Shown here: piece after piece, positions 27,103-39,559 of the stretch
How positions within the stretch are numbered: the stretch's first letter is position 1
How the letters are laid out: the number at the start of each line of letters is the position of its first letter
Assembly (NCBI RefSeq): GCF_026210795.1
Contig: NC_089434.1
Location: 2,232,001 to 2,296,000 of the forward strand
DNA length: 64,000 bases
Direction of reading: 5' to 3'
From: Rhizophagus irregularis
Taxonomy: Eukaryota
Translations under genes and position numbers: made by a program
Notes under the pieces: generated by a model
Seen by the model: only the letters and a program-made list of their open reading frames with translations
The model's database searches: none
Told to the model about the DNA's origin: nothing

Positions 27103-28860
27103 TTAGGCGGTTACCGGAGAGATAATAGGACTCATCATTGGGGAGGTTTTTCTTTCGTATCCTTCATCGCGATAGTAATAACCTCTATCACATTCACCAT
27201 ATTCATTATATCCACCGTATCCACCATATCCATCATCATCTGAATCGTCTGGAATCTCATCTTCAGAATTACTATCGGAATCAGAGTCATCATTAATTGA
27301 ATTGGGGTCGCCATCGTGCTTATTAACTTTGTTCGCCTTACCAAAATACACATCATCGTCTGAAGTGACAGTGTTCACTTTAGTGGGATTCGCCTCATTG
27401 AAAAACATATCTTCATCAAACCACGCCTCTTCCTTGGAATTATCAGAAGAATTAGAGGGTCTCTTTGGGACTGAGTCATGGGCTAATGGGATATGTGCAG
27501 TTGATTCCTTTGGAAACAAGACCTCTAATACATTATTCTGATCGGGAGTATTTACAGGCAAATTTTTTCTGGGACATAATGTCTCAGAAATTTCAGTCAC
27601 ATGATCCGTTACCAGAGGTAATTTTTCCGAAGATATTCCATAATTTATAACATCTTGAATTTGCTCATTAGTAAGCTCTGAAATAGAAGTTGCACTATAA
27701 GATTTGATATACTTGATTTTATCTAAGCCCACTTGTTCGATAAATTTATAGACTTTCTTAGCTCTCTGGGTTTTCTTGCGCAAACTATTTTGTGATACAC
27801 CTCGAAGCTGTAATCCCGTTTCTTGGGATCTCTGTTTACGAAGCAAATTAAGCTGTTTTGTAATGGAATCATACAGTAAGCCTCTTGCCTTCTTTTCATC
27901 AAATTTACCTCCATTACTTTCTATGATTCCATTGAGCTGAATTATGAAATCTTTCGCATAGAGGTACCAGTATAAAATTTCTTCCTGATTAGCTCGATTG
28001 GCTTTATCTTCAGCATCAAAAGCTTTATCGCATAACTGAGCTAGATATTGTGAGGCCTCATCAATGCTGGATTTATCAGAGGTAACTTTTCCTGGACATA
28101 ATGTCTCGGAAATTTCGGTCACATGATTTTGTTCTATTGATGGCTCTTATGAAGACAACTCCGAAGCAAATAATTCTTGCTTAAGCTTGTCCATACTCTT
28201 CCCCTTCTTGCACTTTGAATCCAGTTCGCTACATATCTTTTCTTCTGATGACGTGCTATTGCATGGCTGAGTGACCGAGTTGAGAACTTGAGACATTTTC
28301 TCTTCGGGATGTGTTGGAAGGGACTCTTGGGTTTGGCCAAAGGTGCTAAAGCAAAGTTTCTTTTCTCGATTTTTCTGCCTAATCTCATTACTAACCTTTT
28401 TCTTATACTTCTCATCCAAGAAAGCGTCCGTTTCCTTGTCTTCAGGTAATGAAGTATCCACCAATGGTTTCTCGTGATGTGTTACCGTTGGCACCTGATT
28501 TGTGACCAAATTGAAGTTAGATGAACTGATGTTAGAAGAATTATCATTTGCCGTTAAGGTGCTTTGCAGAGTCTGCTTCTGTTCCACTTTCGTGAGTTTA
28601 TCTCTAAACTCAGCATTCTCGGCCCTGAGTTTGGCATTATCAGCATCACGCCTCTTGTTATATTCTTTATTCGCTCTTAGAAATTCAGCATTCCTGCGCT
28701 TAAGTTCAACTATTTCAGCATCAGACACTGAGAGCTTGTTTCTAAGATAGGAGATTTCAGTATTCTCCTTCCTAAGCTCTGCATTCTCAGCCTCAAGCTT
28801 GACGTTCTTAAATTCAAGTTCAGTGATACGCTGTTTCAATACTTCAAGCTCAGATGACAT
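27103..28860 (-). pseudogene. Coiled-coil protein with acidic tail; broken between two ORFs
   Basis: 237-aa and 339-aa collinear ORFs; internal duplication of HVTEISETLCP. Confidence 0.6.
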
Positions 28861-30195
28861 GATCTATATGTATAACTAATACACTGTATATAAGCATTCA
28901 AAATAAAAAATATCATGTGATTTTTCCTCACAGCCCATTAGCGAAAAATGCCAAGAAAATTTTTTATTATTATATGTGAAAAATAAATACAAAGTTTCGG
29001 GTCGTAGCCCGGGATACATGACGTCTATGCTAGTATCCTATACAATTATTTTTTCTTGATTATCTCTTCTACACGGCGCTTCTTAGTTGCGAGTTCCTCA
29101 CTACCTACTGCTCTATCCTTTAATAATCCTACAATCACTTCTAAAACCCTCTTCACATTCTTACGCAATTTTGTATCATCTTTGAGAGCGTCTTCTGTTA
29201 GTGAAATTCGGTATTCAGTCCTGCTCGTACTATAGATACCTTCAGTGCTGTGAAGAATGAAGTACCAGTCAGTTCCAGTACTGACTATACCATAGACGTA
29301 GTCGTAAGTCGGGATCGAATGCATCATCCACCTTTTTTTTTTCTTGTTCATATTTATATTCATCTGAGAGAAATAGAGAAGTAAGTTAGCAATAGCCCAT
29401 GATCATCCTATAGCGAGCGAGCTAGTAGAATTTGTCATACTTACATCGCAAGCACTTCGGCATTGTAGTAAGTTTTGGTAGATACCTATAGTTGCTTGAT
29501 TCTGTTTGCCTTCGGTTATGCAAATTATTTCCTTCAGCATCTCGCTGATAATTTTTTGATGGCATAGTCGACACAGCCTGTGTTTTCTTCACCAATTATA
29601 TTTGCCTGAGATGTGATTACCATACTTACAGCTGTATGTAAGATCGTTGAAATATACTCGCACTGCATAGCTTCATTACTATCTACAACTGGACCATATT
29701 TTTTATTCTACGAAGGATGTCGTCAATATATAGCTTAAATTCGGGTGCGCTTTCGTTGATAGTATGGATGGCTATATTATGATATGTGAGCTCGAAATAT
29801 ATAAAAAAGAACTCCTTTAATCTGATATTACTTACGTGGTATGAACTGTAGAATGCGAGTTATATTACAGCTAACAATCCCATATTTCTCCAACACTTCA
29901 CTCAACTTTTTCTTAGTCTTGTACGAGGAGAACGACCTCAACTTTTTATCTTTACACTCCTTAGCGAACTTCACGAGTCTCATAGCAGATCCACCCAGCA
30001 TCTCCCATTTCTCAAGCTTTTCTTCGGTCAAGTCAAAGAAGTCCTGGCCTTTAATCTTTTCATTGTGAAGTATTTTCTCGTCATCCTCGTCAAGACCTAA
30101 GTCCTGCCCCTGCAAATATTCTATAAGCTTGGCCGTGTCATATTTTTTAATTTCGTCAGCCAGCGAGACCGTCTCATTTCTAGCAACAGTAGTGG

Positions 30196-33100
30196 CACAG
30201 GTCGAAGGGGCACCATTGTCCAAAATTCAAAAAATGCAAATTCCACATTTTTCTGGAAAATGGTGGGAAATTGTGGAAAATGCTGCATTACACTGAGCAA
30301 TTTTTTGGAATAACATTGTTACAATATTGTCCGATTTAGCAAATTTTATGAAAATTTGGGAAAATGCTACATTATATCTCAAATGTAACATTTTGTAACA
30401 TTTCGTAACATTGTTATAACATTGTCATTGAAATCAAATTTTGCTTTTTTTTTGTCAAATGTTCCAATTTTCTTGCAAATGGTGCATTTTTATGAAAATT
30501 CCACATTTTACCTCAAATGTAATAACATTTCATAAAATTGTTATAACATTTCAAATTTTGCTTTTTTTTGTCAAATGTTCCAATTTTCTTGCAAATGGTG
30601 CATTTTTATGAAAATGCCATATTTTATCTTCAATGTGATGTCATTGTAACAACATTTCATAAAATTGTTATAACATTGTCAATTAAAATCAAATTTTGTC
30701 AAATATTCCAATTTTCTGGCAAATGGTGCATTTTTTATGAAAATTCTATATTTTTTTGTCAAATGTTGCATATTTTCAGTAAATTTTACATTTTTTTGGT
30801 CAAATATTTCATTTTCGTCAGAATGTTAAAATATTACAATTTTTTTTTTGGAAAATGCTCAATAATATAGCATTACACTGAAAAATGTAGTATTTCACCA
30901 AATTACACTAAAAAGTATCACAATTATCACATTTTTTGGAAAATTCCACATTACATTAAATTATACTGAAAAATGTGGCACTATACTAAATTATGTGGAA
31001 TTGCACTAAAAAATACTACAATTACACTAGACAATGTAGCATTACACTAAAAAAGTACCACAATTATCATATTTTTTAGAAAATTTCACGTTATACTGGA
31101 AAATGTAACATTATGCTAGAAAATGCGGAATTGCACTAAAAAATGCGGAATTGCGCTAAAAAACACAAAAAAAATACTACAATTACACTGGATAACGTAG
31201 CATTACACTTAATTACATTAAAAATTGTTATGATAATTTTTATTTATTTGTAAAATTACGGACATTATTAAATTTATAATATTTATATTCTAACGCATTA
31301 TTTAACATTAAACACATTGTTAATATTAACAATGTATCAACACGATGCATGTGTTGTGTTGTTGTTTAATTTAATACTAAACCTTACTACTGAAGACTTC
31401 CTCTTTTTGTCACTATAAACAGGCGGAGGGAGCAGCAATGGCTCTCCCCCTATAGGTACTTTATGGCCTCTACCTATTTATAGAGGAGGGGCTTTTCGTA
31501 AAGTTATTAGATAGATATATATATATGTATATATATAAATATATATATACATCTATCATAATTAAATTAAAATTATAAAAAAAAAAAAATAATAATTTTG
31601 GGGAAAAAGTCCCTATTTATATAAAATTATGTATCACGCATATCACGTGATATTACTTAATAATTACCGCAGCTTTAGCTGCGGTATAGCGAAAAAAAAT
31701 TAAGCTTTTTTTAGTAAAAAGCTTAATTTTTTCTCACGATCTTTCAATTTCAACTTCTTTTTCTCCCCTTTCCCATTTCGTTTCCCTCCTTTCCCTCTTT
31801 CGTTCTCCTTTTTCCCATTTCATTTTCCCCTTTTCCATTTCGTTTCCCCTCTTTCCTTCTTTCGTTCTCCCCTTTCCCTTTTCTCCCTTCTCTTTTCGTT
31901 CTCTCTCCGCACTTTTCCCTTCCCTCTTTTTCTCCCTTCCCCTTCCTTTTTCCCTTTTTCCCTTCCCGGAATCGTCTTTCAGTAAAAACGAAATGGTAAG
32001 TTTTGAAGCGAAATGCTTCGAAACTTTTTTAAAATTTTTTTTTTGATTTTTTGTTGTAAGGAAACGTTTCTAACATTTCCTTTCTTTTTTAGGACTTTCG
32101 ACCTCGGAATTTGTAAACGGTTAGTTTCGAAGTTTTTCAAAACTTTTTTTTGTTTTTTAGGAAACTTTTCTAACGTTTCCTGTATTTTCTTTTTTTTGTA
32201 GGTCTTTCGGCTTGTTTCGTTCAATTCGGAATATTGAAATCGGTAAGTTTTGAGGTATTCGCCTCAAAACTTTTTTAAAAAAATTTTTTCTTTTTTTAGG
32301 AAACATTACTAATGTTTCCAATAATTTCTTTTTTTATAGGTCTTTTTGGCGTACTTGACTTAGGAAAATGAAATGGTAAGTTTTGAGGCGTTCGCCTTGA
32401 AACTTTTTTTTCTAAAATTCTTTTTAGGAAACATACTGACGTTCCCTTTCTTTTTTTTTGTAGAATTTCGGCGTTTTGACTTTGGGAAACGGGGAATGAA
32501 ATGATGGTAAGTTTCAAAGCGTTTTGCTTCGAAACTTTTAAAATAAATTTTTTTTTTTGCTTGTTATAAGGAACGTTTTTAACGATCCTTTATTTTTTTT
32601 GTGTAGGTCTTTCAGTATACTTCTTTGGGACTCGAAATGGTAAGTTTCGAAGCGTATGCTTTGAAACTTTTAAACAATTTTTTTTAATATTTTAGGAAAC
32701 ATTAACTAACATTTCTTTATTTTACTTTTTGTAGGTTCTGGATGTTAGAATGGTGGAAACGACCGGTAAGTTTCGCAATGTTGCATTGCGAAACTTATTT
32801 TTTTAATTTTTTTTTTAAAGAAACAATACTAACGTACGTTTCTTTTACTTTTTATAGGTTAAACACTGAAGCTATGAGGGAAATTTATAAGGAATTATGT
32901 AAGAAATGTTTTACGTGTTTCTTCTGACTTATCAGGGCAAGGGAAAACTGAATGGATTAAAGAGAATAGTTTCAGTAAAGGGAAATTTATACACAGCTTT
33001 TTAATAAGTGATGGTACCGGACGTTTGAATAATGGAAATCAAAACGAACCAGTAAGTTTCGCAACATTGTGTTGCGAAACTTAATTTTTTATTTTTTTTT

Positions 33101-35245
33101 ATTAAAAGAAATATTAACTAACGTTTCTTTTTTACTTTTTGTAGGTTCCAGACGTTAGAATGATGGAAACGAACTGGTAAGTTTCGCAATGTTACATTGC
33201 GAAACTTAATTTTATTAAATTTTTTTTTTTAAGAAACGTTAGCTAACGTTTCTTTTTTTTTTAGGAACGCCGGACAAAATTACGACCCGGACTTTAGGTG
33301 AAAGGTAAGTTTTTCATTTTTTTTTTGTATTTATTTATTAAATAACTTTTTTTTTACGAAACGTTAATTAACGTTTCAGTTTTTTTTATAGATCACGGCT
33401 TTGCTTCAAGGACAAGATTTCAAAGGTATTACCTTTGAAATCAATTTTATTTTTTTTTTGTTTAACGAAACGTTAGTAAACGTTTACTAGCGTTTCATTT
33501 ATCTTCTTTTTTTAGTTCATTTTCCGGTCACCTTCTAGAAGAATTTTGAAGGTAAATATAAGAACCTTCAAAATTCTTTCATTTTTTATTTTTTTTTTAT
33601 TACAATGAAACGTTTACTAACGTTTCGGTTTTCACTTTTTAGGTTCCAGGGCACCATTTCAACATTTCGAAGGTATTAGAACTTCAAAATTATTGGATTT
33701 TTGTTATGTAATGAAACGTTATTTAAAGTTTTGTTTATTTTTTGTTTTTTTTGTAGGTTAAAGGAATGGAAAAAATGAAAAGGAACGGGGGAAAACGAAA
33801 GGGGAAAAGGAAAACGAAAGGTAAAGGTAAAGACGAAAGGGGAAAGAGAAGATGAAAGAATTTGAAAAAGAAAATGAAAAGGGAAAGAGAAAGGGAAAAA
33901 CGAAATGGAGCGGGAACAAAATGAACATTTCGAAGGTATACTTCAAAATGTTTTTTTTATTTTGATTTTTTTCAATGAAACGTTTCTAACATTTTTTTTT
34001 CTTTTTTTTTTGTAGGTTTTCACTGGCTTCTATTTCGGCACTGGACATTTGATACATAAATAAATTAGAGGTGTGGATTATCCATGAATGGAACATCAGA
34101 TATCTAATGAATATAGACCAATATAGATTCTCATCGCTAAATAATAATTGTGTATTTTTTAATAAATAATATAATAAATTATAAATTATGTAAAATTATT
34201 AAATCAGTGTTTTAAATTGTCACAGCATTTACACTAAATTGTTTAAAATTATTACTAAATTTCACTCAATTGTCCAAAATTATTGCAAAATTATCTCCGT
34301 AAATGTTGCATTTATACCGTTTACACTCAATTGTCCAAAATCGGTAAAATATTTTCACTTAATTGTCTGAAATTATCCTAAATTCCACTAAATTATTCAA
34401 AAATTTAGCTAACATTTACCGAAAAAATGCAAAATTCACCACAATTTGCATTACATTTGCATAACATTGCCGAAAAAGTCACCTAAATTTTCAACAATTT
34501 ACATAACATTACTAAAAATATATTACAATTTACCACAATTTGCATTACGTTTGCATAAAATTACTAAAAATTTACTTAAATTCACCACAATTTGCATTAC
34601 GTTTACATAACATTACTAAAAATTTGACTAAATTCACCACAATTTGCACTTCGTTTACATAACATTACTAAAAATTTAACTAAATTTCACTACAATTTGC
34701 ATTACGTTTGCATAAAATTACTAAAAATTTAACTAAATTCACCACAATTTGCATTACGTTTACATAACATTACTAAAAATTTAACTAAATTCACCACAAT
34801 TTGCACTTCGTTTACATAACATTACTAAAAATTTAACTAAATTCACCACAATTTGCATTACGTTTGCATAAAATTACTAAAAATTTAACTAAATTCACCA
34901 CAATTTTCATTACGTTTGCATAAAATTACTAAAAATTTACCTAAAATTCACCTCAATTTACATTACGTTTGCATAAAATTACTAAAAATTCAACTAAATT
35001 CATCACAATTTGCAAAGATTTGCCTAAAATTTCCCACAATTTAATGATAATTTACTGAAAAATTTCTCAACATTTGAATTAGGAATTCTGTAGGAATTCT
35101 GCCATTTTGACAAAATTTGCCAAATTGTAAGTCCTCCATTATCCCAAAATTGTAACACAATTTACTCCAATTTACCGGGATAATTCTCAATTTGCCAGAA
35201 AAATTCCAGGCAAATTTTGCGACAATGACATCTGTTCGACCTGTG
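30196..35245. mobile_element. Non-autonomous CACTA/CMC-like DNA transposon, copy 1
   Basis: TIR cacaggtcgaa / ttcgacctgtg; 3-bp TSD TGG; subterminal repeats; related copy at 47474-52663. Confidence 0.9.
34430..35030. repeat. 52-bp subterminal tandem repeat
   Basis: aaattcaccacaatttgcattacgtttacataacattactaaaaatttgact units; also at ~51940-52450. Confidence 0.85.
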
Positions 35246-35580
35246 TGGAGGTGGAAGCTGGAGTATAAGGTGTACTAGTTTTAGACATAGTGTTACGTTT
35301 TTATAGGGATATTTGGCTCAGATAAAAAAAATAGTGTTACTTTCTGGAGTGAGATAAAATTTATTTCTGGGATGGGAAAGAGAATACTGGCCATTAATAT
35401 AGGTTTTTATGTAACACAGGCATTGCATCATTGCACGTGACCCTTTCTCATATACGTTCGATAAAATAATACTTTATTTATGAAATAAAATAGTTGCCGG
35501 TAGCCGGCCTACAATACATAAAAATTGTGACTATACTTCGTGGCTCAGGCCTATCGCTAATGAAATATAGATAAAAAAAT

Positions 35581-36033
35581 CTAATTATCTTTGCTTAGTA
35601 CCTCCGGCACCCTTTCAGCGGGAGGGTATACGATAACATTGATTCCCTTTTCACCACCAAAGATACGTTGGGGTTGTATAGGAAAATGAGTAAAAATGGT
35701 GTCTTGCAGTTCCATTCTTATTGCACCTTTTACTTCAAATTCACTGATGTTTCTTAAGCTATTGATTATAACACTATCAGCTATAAATGCAACCCTATAT
35801 AAAGCCAAATTGGTCGAATCTATATCTTGAAATTGATCTAGACGACGAGTTCTGATTGCCTCTGCGAGAGAAGAGACTCTATTGTTGTTAGCATTAGATA
35901 TCGTTACTTTAAAAATATCATTCACTCCCTTGTCAAAAATGAGACAGTTGAGAGTAATATCCCCACCAGCGAGAAACTTGTTAAGCTTGTCAGGAGTCTT
36001 AGTTTTATTAGATTCCTTGGTCTTATCGGACAT
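35581..36033 (-). CDS. Crinkler N-terminal (ubiquitin-like) domain protein
   Basis: ITLNCLI..IFKVTI..VSSLAEAI..LALYRV (LFLAK-like) ..INVIVYPP (HVLVxxP-like); upstream exons possible. Confidence 0.7.
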   Translation of the reverse strand: MSDKTKESNKTKTPDKLNKFLAGGDITLNCLIFDKGVNDIFKVTISNANNNRVSSLAEAIRTRRLDQFQDIDSTNLALYRVAFIADSVIINSLRNISEFEVKGAIRMELQDTIFTHFPIQPQRIFGGEKGINVIVYPPAERVPEVLSKDN

Positions 36034-36769
36034 CTTGCTTTCCTAAATACAAGGTCCATAGTGAGAAAACTCGCTCCTATACATACATAACTTCTAGCAT
36101 ATACATACCTTATTTTGCGTTATTTTACGGGAAAGTTTTTTGCGGAAAGTTGGCTGAACTTCCACATACCCCTACATGCTTTATATCTTGCTGGGAAAAA
36201 GAGCGCCAAGCCGAAGTTAAGGAAGTATGAGGCGTAATTAGTATTGTTGTCTGATGCCAAGAGTCCTTTGAAAGCACATGCAAATGGAATCTTCATACCT
36301 TTTCACATGGAGATCTACCAGAGATAAAGATATTAGCCTTAATTATTTTTTAAAAAATTTTGAATTACGGCTATAAGATTTTTATAGCCTTAATTAATTA
36401 CAGCATATAAAAATTTTGTATTACGACACTTTTTTGAATTACGGCTAACATCTTTAACCGGAGAGACGCAAAGGTAGTTAGTTCTTGTAGATCTCGAAAT
36501 TTCAAAGTCCTCAGCCTTTCATAACATATGCTTTTGTCGTCACTATTAACTTATAGGGTAGGTACTGTGTTGCATGTAGACCTCCTTTCAAGCGAAGCGC
36601 CTATGAAGCAGGCCATTTTTCTCATGTTTGTTCAGGGAAAAATAGAGGTACTAGTTAGCATACATAACTCAGTATGTAAAGAAATAATGTTTTACAAACT
36701 GACCGTGTGATTGGCCATTACATCATTGCACAGAAATCTATGGCTCAGCAAATTCTTCCGAGCTGAAGA

Positions 36770-37623
36770 TCACCGCTCCTGACTAGTTAGATTGGTAGTG
36801 TACCACCCCGCCATAGAGAGTCTTGTTAATTCCAGATTAAGAAAAGCAGAAATAAAATTATTATTAGAGAACCCAGATTGGGTCGAAATCTGTACATTAC
36901 TAACCTGTCTAAGACAATCACTAAATGCAGTAATAAAATCAGGCGCATTTTCCTTTTCAGCTTGAATAAGCATTTCTACCATTTTATCAGGATCAAGATC
37001 GTGACTATAATAACATCCAAATCTTTCGATATACCTTTGACTTTCTGATGACAATCCTTTATGGAATATTTCTCTAAGATGATTTTTACAGAACTTGATA
37101 ACATCATTACATCTCTTTATCTTCGAGTAATAATCCACTATTGAGTCTTCACCTTGAAGCAATAACCCATACCAGAACTTATCTACTTCATCTGCATTAT
37201 CATCTATCTTAATCTCATTTTTATCAATACCATCCGGCCATATTTCCTCTCAAAGTTCCTCAGCACTATATGGCAATTCTATTAGGTTCAAAATTTGCGG
37301 AAGATAAAAAGCATCAGATTGTGTAAATGTATGGAGTATTGATGTTGGATTTCTTACACCAGGCAGACTATATACAAATTATTTAAGTATTTTCTCCCCC
37401 AATGCCTGATTGCCTTTGTCTTCCAATAAATTTTGATTTCGCAAAATAGATCTTCCCAGTCTTGCCACTCTGATATAAATTCAGGATTTCCTTTATTATC
37501 CCATTCATACTTTGATCCATATTCTTTGATAAATTCATTGTAGCCTTCATCTGTCTCGTCATCTGACATTTTGCTAATAGAGCAATTATACTTAATAAAA
37601 AATAAAGTACTGGTAGTGTGCAT
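36770..37623 (-). CDS. Small protein(s) with a retrotransposon Gag-like segment; gene model uncertain
   Basis: LQGEDSIVDYYSKIKR..LREIFHKGLS resembles the Gag major homology region. Confidence 0.45.
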
Positions 37624-37852
37624 AGCTTCTTTTCAGTATATGCAAAAATTATGTTGCACATGACCTGACTGATGATCCACTTATTTTTCTGTCACACAGG
37701 AGTGGCCCAGCAAATTCTTCCGAGCTGATGATCATCACTCCAGACGAAAAAATAGCAATGCACCTTCGGTGAAATTATGTGATCACTGCTCCAGACTACA
37801 GTGGATCAGAAAACCTCTGCATAGTAGAAGGCATTGTGTTAAACTAGCAAAT

Positions 37853-39079
37853 TTAATAACTATACATATTGATAATTTCAGATATTTCATCATTTTCTGT
37901 AGACTCCGATTTTAGGTCTGAGTTATGCTCATCTTCAGGTCCGGAGTCTTCTAATTCTGTATCGCCTATAGTATAATTATCACCTGCATCAAGACGGTCA
38001 GATTCTTGCCTCATTGCGATTCTCAAAAGCAATTTAAGATGTTGGGGGGTTGGATTTTTGCCACCATGAACTCTGGAAGCATGTTTAAATCCATAATCTC
38101 TTAAATTTTTAGGTATGGTTCTATAAGGTTCTTGCTTCAAGAATTCATTAAATGGCCAAGCACTACGTGTCCCACTTTCAGTAAAGACAGGGTCAGATAA
38201 CTTTTTAGCCTTAATTGTATCTTGAATCCAGGTAAGCAATTCTCTTGCGCGTTCTGGATTCTTTTCCATAGAAAGAAGTGGACAAGGGATTCTTCCATCT
38301 GCCTTCTTATATCCTGTACAATACCAAGAATATCCCTCTTTATACCATGCTGGAATATTCGAAAGATCAATCCCAAGTAGTTCATCTGGCTCATAGTGCT
38401 TAATTTGAAGAGATGTTACTTCTGAAGGTCTTATACTCAACATCACTATCACATCTGCAAGATCCTCTCTAGTAGGAATTTTACTAACATCCATATTTTG
38501 GATCCTCTTTTGCACATTTGCTAAGGAGAAATGTATGGGAATTCTATCTGGATTAGCCATTCGCTTCTTAGTTCGCTTTTTTTGAATTTTGTTAGAGTCT
38601 TGAATAAGTTCCTTATCTTTGGCAAATGCTTCAATAATTGCAGGATCTACACCGCCTTCTGCTAACTTCACACGGAATGTTGACTGACGTGAAACACCGG
38701 CAACGATTTCCTTTTCATTTTTATTTTTCGGACTCACTGCCCAATGATTAGCGATAATGTTAACAAAATCACCGGCCTTAGCACAATATTCTGCCCTTCC
38801 TTCTATAGTGAGGTTTTTCTTTCTCTTATCTGGTAGGAGAGCCTCTATTTTCTCTTTACTAAATGAATGTTTAGGTTTAGCAAGAGCTACCTTAACACAT
38901 CTACGGGCCATCCAATCTGGAAGTAAAGCATCTAGTTCGGGAGCATGTTCGCTCAATTGTTCTGGAATGGAGCTAGCCGACAAATTACATTTTTCCAGGA
39001 ACTGCTCTAAGATGCTGACATAGTTATTAGTTTTAGGTTTTCGAGTCTTTAGAGCGGTTGCTTTAGTAGCCATGTACAT
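37853..39079 (-). CDS. Tyrosine-recombinase-fold protein, protelomerase (telomere resolvase)-like
   Basis: Uninterrupted 408 aa; ordered motifs SIRPSEV (R), CTGYKK (K), PKNLRDYG (R), AMRQ (His position), DNY (Y). Confidence 0.65.
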   Translation of the reverse strand: MYMATKATALKTRKPKTNNYVSILEQFLEKCNLSASSIPEQLSEHAPELDALLPDWMARRCVKVALAKPKHSFSKEKIEALLPDKRKKNLTIEGRAEYCAKAGDFVNIIANHWAVSPKNKNEKEIVAGVSRQSTFRVKLAEGGVDPAIIEAFAKDKELIQDSNKIQKKRTKKRMANPDRIPIHFSLANVQKRIQNMDVSKIPTREDLADVIVMLSIRPSEVTSLQIKHYEPDELLGIDLSNIPAWYKEGYSWYCTGYKKADGRIPCPLLSMEKNPERARELLTWIQDTIKAKKLSDPVFTESGTRSAWPFNEFLKQEPYRTIPKNLRDYGFKHASRVHGGKNPTPQHLKLLLRIAMRQESDRLDAGDNYTIGDTELEDSGPEDEHNSDLKSESTENDEISEIINMYSY

Positions 39080-39215
39080 ACTAACTGTTATCTAGGTATA
39101 TTATGTGAGAAAAAATTCAATTCGAAAAATTATATCCCACCTGGCTGAAAGTGATTTGCATGAGCATTTCTCTGATTATAACTTGGGAGATATGACCTGC
39201 TGAGACATCGCATTT

Positions 39216-39515
39216 TTGAATATCTATAATAAAAGTGAAGACGAAGTTTTAAGAATATTAATATCAAAATTACCTTGTATGGGTCGTTTTATTTGCCAAT
39301 ACATCAAGAGAGATGGTTCGATTTGTGGGAAAGGGTGCATGAGTGAATTAGGGTGTGCCAGACATTTTAATGCCCTTTCTAAAACAATATGCCCTATCTG
39401 TGGGCAGGGAACCTATTTCAAGACCGGAATCTGTAGTACACATGGTGGAATTTATGACTATGCCTGGCGCGAAAGTAAAAAAACTGAAACAAAATCTAAT
39501 ATGGTCAAGACTTAA
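39216..39515 (+). CDS. Small Cys/His-rich zinc-finger-like protein (probable ATG at 39279)
   Basis: CQYIKRDGSICGKGC..CARH..CPICG..CSTH. Confidence 0.5.
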   Translation: MNIYNKSEDEVLRILISKLPCMGRFICQYIKRDGSICGKGCMSELGCARHFNALSKTICPICGQGTYFKTGICSTHGGIYDYAWRESKKTETKSNMVKT

Positions 39516-39559
39516 CTGAATAACTATCTGTGCTGAAATATTATTTGTCCTGCCCTATA

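Larger units (their letters stand above)
29046..35288 (-). pseudogene. Crinkler-associated SAM-like + REase-fold protein, split by a CACTA-like insertion
   Basis: N-terminus MSKTSTPYTPASTS (from 35288) joins TTVARNE after removing 30196-35245 and one TSD; SAM-like ILHNEKIKGQDFFDLTEEKL; C-terminal YGIVSTGTDWYFI. Confidence 0.7.

Noticed and set aside
30568..33946. Low-complexity K/F-rich ORFs in the CACTA-like copies (also 47700-52058)
   Set aside because: By-products of A/T tracts and repeats
37853..39079. Starship captain or DIRS recombinase
   Set aside because: Internal position, long TIRs with a TSD, a separate DDE integrase and no RT; not formally excluded without a profile search
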